A stretch of 64,000 nt of DNA from Salpingoeca rosetta (taxonomy: Eukaryota > Protista > Choanoflagellata): contig JAWQFM010000013.1 of the NCBI GenBank assembly GCA_033442325.1, positions 776,885 to 840,884 on the forward strand, read 5' to 3'. Below the pieces are notes generated by a model. It was not told the origin of the DNA, ran no database searches, and saw nothing but the letters and a program-made list of their open reading frames with translations. The position numbers were made by a program, and so were the translations under genes. Every line of letters begins with the position of its first letter. Within the stretch, counting starts at the first letter, position 1. Shown here in pieces: positions 1 through 13,878 of the stretch.

Positions 1-3000
1 TGCTGTTGTAGGGGTCGTCGTGGTCTGACTCGTCAGAGAAGTTGGGCTGGCCAACGTGCCCGTCCGAGGACAGCTGGTTGCGAGCGCCGTTCATGCGAGA
101 GGCGGCGGCGGCGGCGCCCGCTGTTGTGCTCATCACTGTGCCAGCCGTCATTTCCATTGCATCGCCGTTGCGGAACTCAAACGGGCCAGGTGCCATGCTC
201 AGCGTGTTCTTGCCCGAGAACGAGTCCTTGGGCTCGCTGCTCCTCTTGAACAGGTCAGGCCGGCGCTTGTACACAACAACGGCAGCGACCAGCACCACCA
301 GCACTAACAGCACGCCAACGACGGCGCCTGCAACAGCACCACCATCGCTTCCACCGCCGCGCTTGGCAGCGCTGGCAACAGACGTGATTCGAGTCGCTGC
401 CAGGGTTTCGAGCCCTTCAAACCGAGCAAGCAGGATGTCGGCAGGCACCCACTCCAAGCTGGTGCCGTTGCGAACCCCAAACTCGACCACCGTCGATGGC
501 TGCGCCAACAGCCCACGCCGTCCACGGATCCCAGCGTTGTCGTTGTGGCTGTAGTTGTTGTCGTTGTTGTCGCTGTCACGGCTGCTGCCACCGCTGCTTC
601 TCCTTCTCTTCCTCCCTTGTTGTTGCTGTGGGACTGTGTTGATGTCGGTGGTGGGGCGACCGAGGGCTTTGTCGTAGACGAGAAACACCACCACAAAGTC
701 CACATTCAGCGCCTCCTCCAGGTCGCGCTCCAGCTGCTGCACGTCGCCGCCAAAGATGGACTCCGCCGTGCCTGCAAGCACCAGCTCCACCACCTGGTCC
801 GCCCGCTCCGGTCGCATCAGCGCCTCAACCACCACCGTCCGCACCGCGACACCCGTATTGCCGTTCGCATCCGTCACCGCGTACTCAATCTCGTACGTCC
901 CCGCCACGTGCACGTCAATCGCATCGGCCCCACTCACCACCACCTGCGACGTCACGTTGCCGTCGTGCACATCCTGTGCGCTGTACCCGGCCTCCACATA
1001 CCGTGTCGCATACGGCACGTGCACCTCCTCCGCGCCATACAGCGTCACCTCGGGCGGCGTCGTGTCCACCACCACCACCGCCCGCTGCACACCAACAGCG
1101 GCGTTGCCCGCCCGGTCGTGCACGCTGTACTGCAGCACATACACCGTGCCCACCTCCGCCGACGCCACAGCAGCGTCCAGCCCAAACATATCCGCAGCTG
1201 TCGTCCCAGCTGCAGTGGTCGTTGTCGCTGTGCTGCTGCTGCTGTTGCTGTTGCTTGTGTCTGCGTTCATCGTAGTTGTGGAAGCGGTGGAAGTGGTGGG
1301 AGGTGGTGCTGTTGTTGTGGATGCGTTGCGAGCAAGCGAGAGGACGTAGGTGATGGCAGCTTCGCCAATACTGCGAACATCGCCTGGCGCAACAACGCCG
1401 CTCGCGTCGCGCGTCACAATGCTCACGCCAACGCACACGTCCCCGCTCAGGTCGCCGTCGTGCGTGTCGGCAGAGACTGCGCCGCCGTCCGCCTCAACAA
1501 ACGCCGCATCTGGGCCGTACTCCAGCGCCTGCACCCGGTCCCCAAGCAGCTGCAGCGAGGGTGGCGTCGGGTCTGCAACCTGCACCACGCGCTCCACAAA
1601 CGCCACGTTGCTCGCTGCGTCCGCCACCGTGTAGTTGATGCGGTACACGGTGCCGCTCGGCGCCCTCGACTCCACCGCGTCCATTCGAGGTGAAGACCAC
1701 ACGCGCGGCGACAGCGGCGGCACAAACGCGCGCGCAGACGAGTACGCACACATGGTGGGAACAACAACGCCGGCCTCCTCAAGCTGCGTCGTCGCCACCA
1801 CACGCGATCGCACATCGCGGTCAACAATGTCGTATGCACGTGCAATGCCCGGCTCAACCCACGTCACGCCGTCGCCAACCGTCACGCTCAGGTTCCCGTT
1901 GACACGCAGGTCTGGCGGCGTTGTGTCGATGATGGTGATGGTGCGCGTGACGCTGGCCGTGTTGCGGGACGGGTCTGTCACCGTGTATGTGACGTTGAAG
2001 GAGACCGGGGTGGCGGTTGGCGCCGCCTCGTACCCGCCATCGTCAATCACCAGCGTCAGGTCGGCGTTGTCGTAGTACAGATCAGCCAGCGTCACGCCAG
2101 GGTCGATGTCGGTGAAGTTGCTGCCGGCCTCCACCACCAGCAGCGCGTCGCCAATGAGCTCGATGCTCGGGGCCGTGCGGTCCAGCACGTGCACGGTGCG
2201 GTTGATGGCGTCGCAGTTGCCGGCCTTGTCGCACGCGTCGTACTCCACCGTGAACACCGCGGGCACAGACGGCGGCTTGCTCAACACGTTGTTGGTGACC
2301 ACCACCTCCACCCCGCGCCCAATCGCATCCTCGAGCAGGTCCGTTGCTGTTGCTCCTGCATCGACATATTCCGTCCCGGCCTCGTGCGTGATGTTGTGCT
2401 CGCCGCTGATGGTGATGGTTGGCGCCATCGTGTCCCGCACCTCAATCACATACACCACCATCGCCGTGTTGTCCGATGCATCCGTCGCCGTGTACGTGAA
2501 CGTGAACTGCGTGCCGTCGTCCACAACCGAGCTGAAGGTCTGCGAACAGGGGTGTGTGTGTGTGGGTGTGGGGGGGGAATGTGAGGGTGAGGAGAAAGTG
2601 TGTGTGAGACGGGGGAATGTGAGGGTGAGGAGAAAGGGTGTGTGAGACGGGGGAATGTGAGGGTGAGGAGAAAGTGTGTGTGAGACGGGGAGTGAGAAGT
2701 GGGAGAAATGGAAGCGATGGAATGGTGCATGACGTGGTCAAGACACACCAGCGACAGGGAAGACGCAGGAAAAGAGCGACAACGCACCGGCTCTTCGTTG
2801 CGTCGCACGTCACCGCCATTGACAGCGGGGTCGAATGTATCAAATGCAGACTGGCTCGGGAAGATAAACTCTGTTGCCGCCTCGTGGATAACCACGTTGT
2901 GTTCCGACACGTTGCGGTCGCCAAAACCAATGGTGATGACCTGTGATTGATTGGCAATGTGTGACAGGGTTTGGTGAGGAAGTAAACAGATAAAAGAGTT

Positions 3001-6000
3001 GAATGGGAGGCGAGGAGACTCGGAGGTAAGGAGAAACGGAGGCAAGGGGGGAAGTGAGTGTCCACATAGATGAAGGCACGCAACACAACAAAAACACACT
3101 CATGTACACACACACACATACAGACACACAGACACACAGGCACACACATACACACACAAACTCACTGGGGGAAGGGTGTCGACGACGGCTGCTGTGCGTG
3201 TGGTGGGCGGCGCCTCGTTGTCGTTCGAGTCGGGTGCAGACAGCGTGTACACCACCTCGTACATGCCCAGCGTGTTCACGTTCACGTCGCTGGCATCGTA
3301 TTCCAGCAGGTTGATGCCCAGTGTTCCGTCCACGCGGTCCACGATGGAAACGCCGGCCGTGAAGTTGCTGCGCATCACCTCCTCCCCGGCCTCCAGCTGC
3401 AGCACTGCAGGGTCAAATGTGATGGCGGGCCCTGTCGTGTCCACGACTTCCACGGTGATGTCACGTGTTGCCGTGTTCATGTTCGCATCCGTCGCCTTGT
3501 ACGTCAGCATCTGGTCAGACCGCACGGTGCCTGTGCGTGTGGTGTAGTATGCGTATTGTGTGTGTGTATGTGTGTGCGTGTGTATGTGTGTGTGTATGTG
3601 TTCGTGTGTGTATGTGTGTGCGTGTGTGTATGTGTGTGTGTGTGTGAGGTGAGATCCGTGTGAGAACAAGATGCAACAAGATGCAGTGCAAACCAAGAAG
3701 CGAGTGATCAACCGCACCCAGAAGGGCACCACATCTATTCACGGCATTCACGCACTCACTCGTGTCAATGTCGTCGATGTTGGGTGGTGGCGTCTTCGTC
3801 ACGGTGCCAGCCGCCGTGTCTGTCGCCGTGAAGATCGGGGGATCAAAGGCAAACGTGGCCTCGACCACATATGTGTCTTGAATTTCCTCATTGTTGTCTG
3901 GTCGCCGCAGCACGATGGTGGGCTTTGCAATGTCTGCAGTGAAATACAGGGCGGTTGGATGAGAAGAAGGCAAAAGCGTGCTTGCAGGCAAGCGAACGTG
4001 TCACCATGCAAGCAGTTGGTATCGCCAAACGCCATCGGCACCTTTGCATGTGCGGTCGCTTGTTGGTGTGCAATCCTGGTCAATAACGTATCCAGGATCG
4101 CACTCATTGCACACCATGCAGCTGCTTTGTCCTTCGTCCGATTGAAACGTGTCGTCGGCACACGCCTCGCATTTCGAGAGCCTGTGGCCGGTATCGGCAC
4201 GGAACTTGCCTGCAGGCAATGCACAAGATGAGGAGCACGACCTAGTGTGAGTGGCATGCGAGGGGAAGAAGCAAGCAAGCAAAGGGTGTAACAGAGACGT
4301 GAACACAGCGGCAAAGAGATACGAGAAGCACAGGTGCAACCCACCTGCTTCACACAGTACACATGTGCGGTCCTCCGTCGTGGTTCCAGTGACAAACTTG
4401 GTTCCTGCATCACACGTGCTGTATGTGATGCAGTCTGTCGGAAAACGTGCGGAGGGAGAAAGACGGATGTGAGTAAGATGTGCACGAGGTGTTGAAGGTG
4501 GGCAACACAGCCAGAAAACGCCCCAACATCGCCACGGGTGCAGCTCATCGCTAGCACCACCTTGCCCCGCACCTTTCTCGCCAGAGCTGCCCTGGTATTT
4601 GCCTGCACCACATGCCTTGCACTCTGTTTGCCCGCGCTCGTCTTGGTGCTGGCCAGGATCACACGGCTTGCAGTCCTGCTGGTTCGTGCCATCCTGGTAG
4701 TGCCCGTAATCGCACATTGCACACAAGCGGTCGTTGCTGGCTGTCGGTTCGATGGTCACCTCATACCCCGGGCCACACGTGGACCACGAGGTACACGAGG
4801 TGTCCTGGTGCGAAGTCTTGGACTGGTAGTGAACTGCACAATAGGAATGCGTGGTGTGACAGTGTGGGAATGAAAAGACGTCGAGCGTGCGTGTGTGCGT
4901 GTGAGTTAGTGAGGAGGGAGGGAGGGAGAGTGAGTGAGTGAGTGAGTGGGTGAGTGAGTGGGTGAGTGAGTGAGTGAGTGAGTGAGTTGAAGTGCTTGTG
5001 CAAAGAACAGCGTGCTTCGTCAAGAAATGCAACAACAGCACAACCCAACATCATGCATGGCACAAGCGCGTGCACACCATATGATCACGGTGTCCCATGT
5101 TCACCCTTGTTGCTGTCTTCGACTCACGTGTACTGCACGGCGAGCACGTTGCATCCTCTGTGGATGATCCCGTTGTCCATTTCTCGCCCTGGCCGCACAT
5201 TTTCCACTCCTTGCAGTCTGGAGTGACATTCAAGAGGGAGTGGGAGAAGAAGAAGAGGAATGAGGCAAGGAGGACATGAGAGAAGCGCACGACAAGGCTA
5301 ACAACACAAGACATGAGCGACGCGCTGCATCGGCATCGAGTCAGTTCAACATACCTGTTTGGCCAGAGGCATCTTGGTATTTGCCTGTGCCACAGCCTTT
5401 GCAGCTGTCTGCGTTCATGGCGTCGCCGTATGTGCCGGCATCACACTTGTCGCAAGTCCTGTCGGATGAGGAGGTGGGGTCGGCGGTCACGTAGTAGCCG
5501 CTGCTGCACGTTGTCCAGGGGTCACACGACTTGTCCTGGTGGGCGATCTTGGATTGGTACTCCTCTGAAGGGTCAGAGGAACGGTGTCGGCGAGAAGAGG
5601 GGGGGAGGGGGAAGGGATAAGGTGGCGTGTGAGGGGGGAGAGGATACTGCACCACATAACGCTGCAGCCATGACCATTCTGTCCTTGACATTGCAGTTGC
5701 AGGGGTTGCCGCTTACGTGATCCGCATGGCAAGCATCCCGCGTTCTCTGTTGCGGAGCCTTTGGTCCATTTCTGCCCCTGTCCGCAGGTCATCCACGCCT
5801 CGCAGCCTTGATGATATTGTGTGAGTTTGGGTAGTGACACAATGCGAGGAAAGCAGACACAAACATGTGAGTAAGAAGGGAATGGTGCTGGTTCCGCTTA
5901 CTCACAGAAACAGATCGAGAGAGACACGAGATGCAAGCAGTCGAGTGTTATGTGCACATGACACACACGCACACACGCACACACGCACACAATGATAGCA

Positions 6001-7664
6001 CTCACTTGAGGCGCCACTGCCAGGTTGAAACTCTCCTTCTGGGCACTTTTTGCACGACTTTTCCTGGTGGCCGGTCTCGTCTTGGTACTTGCCTAGTAGG
6101 AGCGGTGCGAGCCAAGAAGATGGGTGGGTTGAGGAATGAGAAGGGGTGGAGATGAAACGCACGAATGTCAGGAGGGAACGTGGAAGAACAAGCACACACG
6201 CACACACACCTGGCCCGCAGTTTGGGCATGTTGCGTCATCGGTAGTTGAGCCAGCCTTCCACTTCTTTCCCGGCCCACACGTGCGCCAGTTCTTGCACTC
6301 TGGAAATGGGTGGTAAGATGTGGGGAGGTGTGAGTGCGCTGGTGGGTTCCAGGGTGCAAACGAGGATTGCCTTACACGCAAAGTCAGACACATCAGTCAC
6401 GGCGCATCCACTGCGGTTGAAGCCACAGCTCACCTGTTTGACCATCACGGTCTTGGTACTTCCCGCTGTCGCACGTCTTGCACTCTGAAGCCTGCCTTGT
6501 CTCGATGTATGTGCCGGCCACACATTTGAAGCAGTATCGGTTCGTGGTAGGGGTCCGATCAGATTTGATGTACTCGCCAGGCATGCAGACGGTCGGGTCT
6601 TTGCATCCTGCATGGCGGCGTGAATGGTGGAGGTGTGAGCACATTCGGAGGGAAAAGACAAGCGGGCAGAGACAGCACACGACCGACACTACACACAGAT
6701 CGAGGGCGCACACGCACACACACATACCTGATTGCCCTTCGGCGTTCTGGTATTTGCCACCGGGACAGTTTCTGCAGCTTGGCTGGTTGGCGATGGCGGT
6801 GTATTTGCCTGGTTCGCACAGGCCACACTCCCGGTCCTGTTTCGTGTTGGGCTCCTGCGTCACGTACTTCCCAGCCTCGCACGTGGAGGGGTCGTAGCAT
6901 TGCGTGTCGCGGTGACCAGTCTTGTCCTGATACTTGCCTGATGATGGCGTGATGATGTTGTTAGACACGCGACGATGTGTGAACAGAGGATGAAAGCAGT
7001 GCATTCTTCACTGCATGCAATACAAGGTGGTGATGCAGCGATCCACGCGGTGTGACTCACCCGATTGGCAGCCTGGACACGTGGCGTCCTCGGTGTTCGA
7101 TGGCTTGAACCACCGTTCGCCCTTGTCGCACCGAATTGTCTCGCTGCACGCTTCATCACCGGCGGAGGACTTGTAGAATTGAAACCCGCACTCAACGCAA
7201 TCGTCACCCGTGTAGCCATACCCTGCAAAGTCACACACACACACCATTACAAGTGAGCCACCAAACCGTCACTCACTCACCCACAGCATCCACCCACGCA
7301 TCCCAAATCTGTCCGCAACCACGCAACTGTGTGCCTGCATGCTGGCATTTGACATACCTGCGGCGCACACGCACGAGCCGCTCTGGCACACTTCGCTCCC
7401 GTCCTGTGCACAGTCTTGTCCTCCTCCTCCTCCCTTGTTGCACATCTCGCCCACGGCACCTGAAGACCGAAACGCGTGACACAGCGCAAGTGTGAGCTCC
7501 AAAAGCACGCGACACAACAAGAGACAACAGACCCTCCCATCGCGCGATCGCCCCTCCGTTGTCTCTCGCCCTTTGTTACCTGCTTGGTGTGGACCCCATA
7601 CAGTGGCAACGGTGGCTGTTACAGCAAAGAGGAGGGCGATGGCGATCGCCAGCCGCCGTCCCAT
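1..7664 (-). CDS. Large multi-exon type I transmembrane protein: signal peptide, EGF-like, TNFR/GCC2-GCC3-type Cys-rich repeats, several DUF5011/HYR-like Ig repeats, Thr-rich linkers, TM helix, cytoplasmic tail (3' end beyond window start)
   Basis: ATG at 7664 gives MGRRLAIAIALLFAVTATVATVWG (signal peptide) followed by a GT donor. Short exons encode CxxCxxGxYQDxxxQxxCK / TxTxDRxC modules. The long exon ~1-2538 encodes repeated 'DTxxPxIxLxG...EAGxxYxDxGATAxD' units, then a hydrophobic segment (GAVVGVLLVLVVLVAAVVV) followed by YKRR. Confidence 0.85.
2570..2700. repeat. Intronic ~39-bp tandem repeat (about 3 copies)
   Basis: Unit approximately gtgtgtgagacggggg-aatgtgagggtgaggagaaag, repeated directly. 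Confidence 0.85.
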
Positions 7665-7858
7665 GACACCCCTTCCTCTCGCTCCCTTCCACTTCATCCT
7701 CATCAGGACAGAAGAGAAGGACAGAAGGTGCTGTGGTGGGTGGTTGCCTTTGTTGTGTGTTTGTGTTTCTGCTTTGCTTCTTCTTGGCGCATTTCGCCTG
7801 CTGCAAAATTCTTTATTCTTCCCTTACGAATTGGGCCCGTCCCATACAAACAAAGGCA

Positions 7859-7983
<125 letters not shown>

Positions 7984-8040
7984 GTGTGTGTCTTCCTGCG
8001 ACAAACGTTTCTGCTTCGCTCCTCCTGCTTCATCCTTGCT

Positions 8041-9598
8041 TCACGCCTCGAGTGCGACGACCGTCTCTGTGAGGGCGGCCAGTCCGCTGTCTGTGAGCAG
8101 GGTTGCTGCTCCTGTTGCCTTGCTATCTGTCCCCTCTTCTGAGAGGGAGCGAAGGAGAGTGGGTGAGATGGAAAAGCAGCAGCAAGCAAACGTCAGCAGC
8201 AAGCAAAGAACTGCAGCAGCAAGCAATGATCAGCTGACAAAACAGAACAAGGCAAGCAGGTATGCATGGTGTCAAGCCCTCACCTTCCCGTTTCACGGTG
8301 AACGCGCGTGCCTGTGCATCATACTCCCACTGCATCACCGTCGTTGCATCTGGACATGATGCGTGATGCAGTGCGGAAGATGTGTGAGCTGCCGTGCCAT
8401 GTCAAACAACAAACAAAAGGTACACATACACATACACAAAAGCACGCACATACACGCAATGCAGAGGCATACGTTTGATGCACTCTGCCTCCGACATGCC
8501 GGTGCTCCTCAAGACTGTGTCCATGTCCACTGTAGCATATGCCTTGGTCATCTTCTTGAATGCCCGCGTCACAATCGCCTCTGTTTGTTTCCCCATCGCA
8601 TCGCATCGCATCGCATCGCATGGTTCACACCACACAAGTGACAAGGCAGCAGCACAAGGCATTCTACAGCACGAAGCACACGAAACAGCGTCTCGCCATC
8701 CGACACACACACACACACACACGTACACAAACACACGCGCACAAACATAAACACACTCAACATGAAACAAAACACGAAACAAAGCACACAATTATGACAG
8801 ACCTTTGAGCTCTGCGACGAGCGCTGTGGCGAGTGGATTCCAGGAGTATGCTGTGAGCGCATCTCTGGGCGAGATGCCTTTCCACAACGCCTGTCCAATC
8901 TGCCACGCAGCAATCAACTCGGGGCACTCCTGGGTGGCGTACGCACGTCGAAGCGTTGGGTGTGCAGCGTCAGCTCAACACACCTCAGCCTTCAAGAACA
9001 TGCAAATGCGCACACGTGTACACAAACACCATACACAGCAACTACAAGCACACCTGCTTGACGCTTTGGGGTATTCTCTTCCACAAGAACCGTGCGGAAC
9101 TCCTGTCGACAATGATTGATGGGTTGGATGTCGAAGAGGGACAAGTAAGCATGAGCAGCATTTTTGTCGACAAGGCGGCCCCCCCCCCCAACACACGCAC
9201 ACAGAACACACAGAACACACAGATGCACAGTTCTCTACTCACAGATCATGTTGAATGAGGTGGGCCAGGAGCAGGACCAAGTAAACGTTGCCTGGCGCCA
9301 CGCCTTTTGGTGAGCTCTTCTCCTGTCGTGTGTTGATGTGAAGAAGAAAACGAGCAGTCAAAACAATTGAGCTGTGGTGTGAAATGAAGGACACGGCACG
9401 CAGATGCATTCTTCTCCCTTCTCTGAGCTCATCACACACACACTCTCTCTTTGTACCCTTCTTCCTTCTCTCCATCAATAAGCCCCCACCCCCTCTTCTC
9501 CAACACACACTCACGTCCAGTTCAATGTCGGTGCAGTGCTGAACAAGGCCGTCGATGTTGCCTTCAGCCAGCAGAGTGCGCACCGCTTCCTCGTCCAT
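8041..9598 (-). CDS. COPS8: COP9 signalosome subunit 8 (multi-exon)
   Basis: Spliced peptide MDEEAVRTLLAEGNIDGLVQHCTDIELD...VYLVLLLAHLIQHDL...ARFLWKRIPQSVKQ..ECPELIAAWQIGQALW...RAFKKMTKAYATV...WEYD...LAALTETVVALEA*. This matches the CSN8 hallmarks 'ARYLWKRIP', 'RAFALVSQAYTSI' and C-terminal 'LARLTDYVAFLEN'. Confidence 0.9.
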
Positions 9599-9702
9599 CT
9601 TGGTTGTTTGGTTGGTTGCTGTTGGTGAAGATTACGTGAAGATATGGAAAATCATCATTTTCTCAACCGCCAACTTTTCAAAATTGAGACCAAGCAAGCA
9701 AG
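9599..9702. promoter_or_regulatory. Compact bidirectional promoter (CSN8 / Sos7-Zwint-like)
   Basis: Only 104 bp separate the divergent ATGs (9598 and 9703). The interval is AT-richer and contains CCGCCAA (E2F-like) and TTCAAA (CHR-like, reverse). Confidence 0.7.
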
Positions 9703-12252
9703 ATGGAGGTCGCCTCGTCGATGCAGACGTGCGTTGACGTGTGGCTGTGTGTGTATGTGTGTGTATGTGTGTGGCTGTGTGTTCATGTGCGTACATTTGT
9801 GTGTGTGTGTGTGTGTTCATGTGCGTACATTTGTGCGTACATGTGTGTGTGTGTGTGTTTGCGTGCGTACATTTGTGTGTGTGTGGTGCATCGGACGTCT
9901 TCTGCATGTGTGCCTGTTTGGTCACGCGGCAATGGCCACCTCACGTTCTCTGAGTGTTCTCAACCAGGCTCATTGACAATGTCAATGCGGCGGAGCCCAA
10001 CTTTGCAGAGAGCGTTCGCCGCGCAGAGGACTGTGACGAGAACATCGAGTCTGAACTTCAAATGGCCAAGGTAAAGCTCACATAGACATGCCCACACACA
10101 GTGCCACTTACACGCGTGGACACATACACACAGCGCTACACTCACTGATATACAAACACCCCCTCCTTCTTCTGGAATGCAGGATCACATGTCCAAGCTC
10201 AAGTTCAACTTTGTGGAGATGAAGACAAAAGCTGGCTTTCTGGACAAGGTGTGAGGAGTCACGCGTCCATTACGATGTTATCGTGTCACCTCCCATCACA
10301 CGCTTGCATTCGTTCTTGTCTGCACTGACTGTTGTGTTGCTCGCCTCCATCTATTTTCAACACACAACAGCTGGGAACGTACGAGATTGGCTCCACGCCA
10401 GCGTGCGGTGTGAGTGAAGAGGACAAAACAGAGACAAAGGCGCAAGTGCAGAGCATCAAGGCAGCCAACAGAGACTTGCAAGACGCCATCCAGGAAACAG
10501 CACACGCCGTCCTGGACAAGCGAGACGAATTCCAAGTGTGTTTGACATGCGCGCGTGGAGTTGGGGAGCGGGTGTAGCGTGGGCTTGCGCAGTGCGTATG
10601 ATGGCGGGTGTTATGCGTCATGTGTGTGATTTGTGCGTTTGCTGATCCACTCAACACCCCCCATCGCGCCATTACAGCAACAAAGCGCGGATGCACTTTC
10701 AATGATGGAAAAGTTCAAGGCATTGGAGCAACGTGTACAGGAGGTGAGGGCATGGCAACGAACAGTCACTGTTTACTGTGATACCGCCATTCGCATGTGT
10801 GAATAACCGACGTCTCTTTATCGCGCTCAAATCCCACGGTGCACGCTCACCGAAAACTTCAATTGCATCAACACGCCATGATTTAGAAACGGGAGCGTTT
10901 GCGACAGCAGCAAGAGCGACTTGGACAAGAAAACTCGCAGCCGCTCTCACACGTGAGTGGATGAAGAGTGGTCGCACGCGTGCATTTATCACAACAAATC
11001 ATTCAAGCATGACGTGCTGTATCCCGAGCATGTGTGCCTCCTCATTGACTCTCGTGTCCGTTGCCGCCATGGTGCACCCTGGACTGCAGGAGAATGTGGA
11101 GTCGTTGCAGTCGCAGGTGGACACGTGTCGCCAGCGTATTGAGGAGCAGAGGGATTTCGCGCGTGTGCACAGCGATAAAGTTGAGGCGTGCAAGGCCACA
11201 CTCCAACAAGCAACCACGCGCAAGGAACAACTGCAAGGTGGAGTTTGGAGCAGTTGACGGTTTGCTGAAACGCTGCACATGTTGGCATCATGCCAGCGCC
11301 TTGCGTGCTGCCACCCATGCATGTCCAAACCACTCTATCGCCGCTGTTCCGATGAATCTCACGACAAGCGCCCACCACTTGGTTCTGCACATCAACAGCT
11401 GAGGTGGAGGCGTGTGCAGGACACGTGGCGGCCGCGCTCAACCAGAAGCGGGCAGATGTGCTTGCAGCCGTCAGCACCGTCAGCAAACTCGCCGGCGCAG
11501 AGATTCTCGTGCGTTAAACTTTGCTGGTGCTGCTGTTTTGAAGTTGTTGTTGTTGTTGTTGTTGTTTAAGTTGTTGTTGTTGTTGTTTAAGTTGTTGTTG
11601 TTGTTTAAGTTGTTGTTGTTGTTTAAGTTGTTGTTGTTGTTGTTGTTTAAGTTGTTGTTGTTGTTGTTGCTATTTAGTGTTGGCGGCTCGTGTACTTTGC
11701 GGAACGCTAACCGACAATTCGGATGCACCGCTTTCGCCTTCACCTTCACCCATCTTACTCACACTTCATCCTGCACCACACCCCTCCCCCTACCTTACTT
11801 GCGAAGTCTGTTTCTGCGACAGCGGTGGAGGTGAAGCTCTCTGTGCTGAGCGGGCGAACCTCTTCCAGGCGCCACGTGCACATTACCCGCCAAGAGGACA
11901 CAGGCATCATCACACAGATCTTGGTGCGTTCGCGTGTGTTCTGGTCATGGTGGTGGTGTGGGTGATCGTGATGATGATTCGTGGAGTGATGCTTAAGGTG
12001 TTTGGGCAGTGGCGTGTGGTGTGGGTTTCGCTGGGTTCGCATCCGTCTCACCTATTGTGTTCGTTTTCGTCATGTCACCCATGCGTTCTTTCCTGTGTTG
12101 TGTCTTCACTTTTCCGTTTTGAACAGCTGGACGGCAGCAGCGCGTATTCAAAGGCCCTGCTGGCTGCGCTGTATCGAACTGGCGCCACCACCAGTGTTCG
12201 CGTCACCCTGGCACTTGTTCGTCAAATGCTCTCTGCGCCCGCAGATGCATGA
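9703..12252 (+). CDS. Kinetochore Sos7/Kre28/Zwint-1-like coiled-coil protein (multi-exon)
   Basis: Spliced peptide MEVASSMQTLIDNVNAAEPNF...ESELQMAKDHMSKLKFNFVEMKTKAGFLDKL, resembling the Sos7 motif 'KxxFSKLRFSYxEQxTKExFL'. It continues as a long coiled coil and ends in an alpha/beta C-terminus (RWD-like) at LSAPADA*. Confidence 0.65.
11540..11670. repeat. Intronic (GTT)n repeat punctuated by TTTAAG
   Basis: Units of tttaag(ttg)n. The same style recurs at ~26610-26680. Confidence 0.85.
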
Positions 12253-12525
12253 GCGTGCTTACTTTGGGACGCTCTGATTGTGTATTGTGTGCGTGTGTGT
12301 TGTGTGCTGCTTTGTGTTGTACTCTGCCGCCATTCCTAGCCTGCACGTTTCATCATCCTTCATCACCTGACTGACTTGTGTTAACCGAAACCCCACTGCT
12401 TTCGTTCCCAGAAAAATCACAACTTTTCACATGTGTGTCCACGTGCGTGCATTCCGTAACCCTTGCCTTTGGCAATTCATTGAAACGCGACCACAGGCAA
12501 ACACGCAAGACATGAACATTGGCGT

Positions 12526-12557
<32 letters not shown>

Positions 12558-12726
12558 GAACATGAACACAATCGATTAAAGAGGTGAAGAGAACACAGAG
12601 CATTGGAAGCAAGCAAGGCATCAAGCAAGCAAAGGGGCAATTCAAGAACAGAAACGCTCAAAACAGCGCAAAGCGGCGAGAAGCAGGCCAACCAGAGCGC
12701 GCAACCATCCCATTCACCAGCGCGTG

Positions 12727-12793
12727 TCACGCAACAATGCCCCGCTTGGCCTGATATTGGCGGACAATTTCATGCGGATCCACACGTGTGCGG

Positions 12794-12828
<35 letters not shown>

Positions 12829-13246
12829 TTGTTGTTGTGATTGGTGGAGATCGTGTTGGAATTGCTCATACGCAACCGCGTCCTCGTGGTCGCTCTCAAT
12901 TACCGGATCTGCATGCGTGTGTTGTTGGTGAGAAGGACGTGTGGAAGAATGAATATTTTTGTGGCGGGTAAGATGAAGCTTAGTGGCAGTGGTGCAGTGG
13001 AAACAAGGGCGTGCATGTACGTGCATGCAGTCAAATGCATGCAAATGCAATGGCAGCGACATTGGCGGAGAACGCACAGAGCAGCGCGGTGCTTGGCCGC
13101 TGCGCTGTGAGAGACAGCACGGAGCGCATCTGCAGAGGAAGCGACGGTGAGCATAAAGGTTAAATGTGCCGTTGTGGTTCAATTTGAAGGTGTGGCGGCA
13201 CGCACACAGAGCTTGCACGTACGTACGTACGAACGTACACACACAC

Positions 13247-13282
<36 letters not shown>

Positions 13283-13797
13283 CACAGATACACACGGCGT
13301 GCTCACCCTCTCCTCGGTCTGCATGAGTCGTCGCTCGGCGTCCTCCTGGCGAAGACGGAGCATCTCCTCTGCCCGCTGCAGCCGGTGCCGCTGACGATTC
13401 GAAGCATTGGGCGGTTGCAGGGTGCAGTGGGAGCAAAGGGAAAGTGGGACGTGTGCATGCGGTGAGAAAGTGTGAGAGAGTGTGTGTTTGTGTGTGTGTT
13501 TATGATCTCGTGAGAAGAACAACCCAGTAGCGAGCCAAACTTTCGCCAAGCGACAACAATCAGCCAACAGCACGCAGCAAGCAGCACATTCTTAGATCCC
13601 CTCTCCCTTTTCTTTTTTCTTTTTTCTTTTTTTTTTTTTTTTTTTTGGCGCGCGCGCATCTCTGTCTGACCTGGATATCGGCAAACGGCTGCGTGTATGT
13701 GTTGAGCGCCATTGTGAACGACGTGACGGCGGGGGATGGCAGCGACCGGAACTCGAGCGGCCGCACAATCGGCGCTAGCGTCTGCACCACACAACGT

Positions 13798-13878
<81 letters not shown>

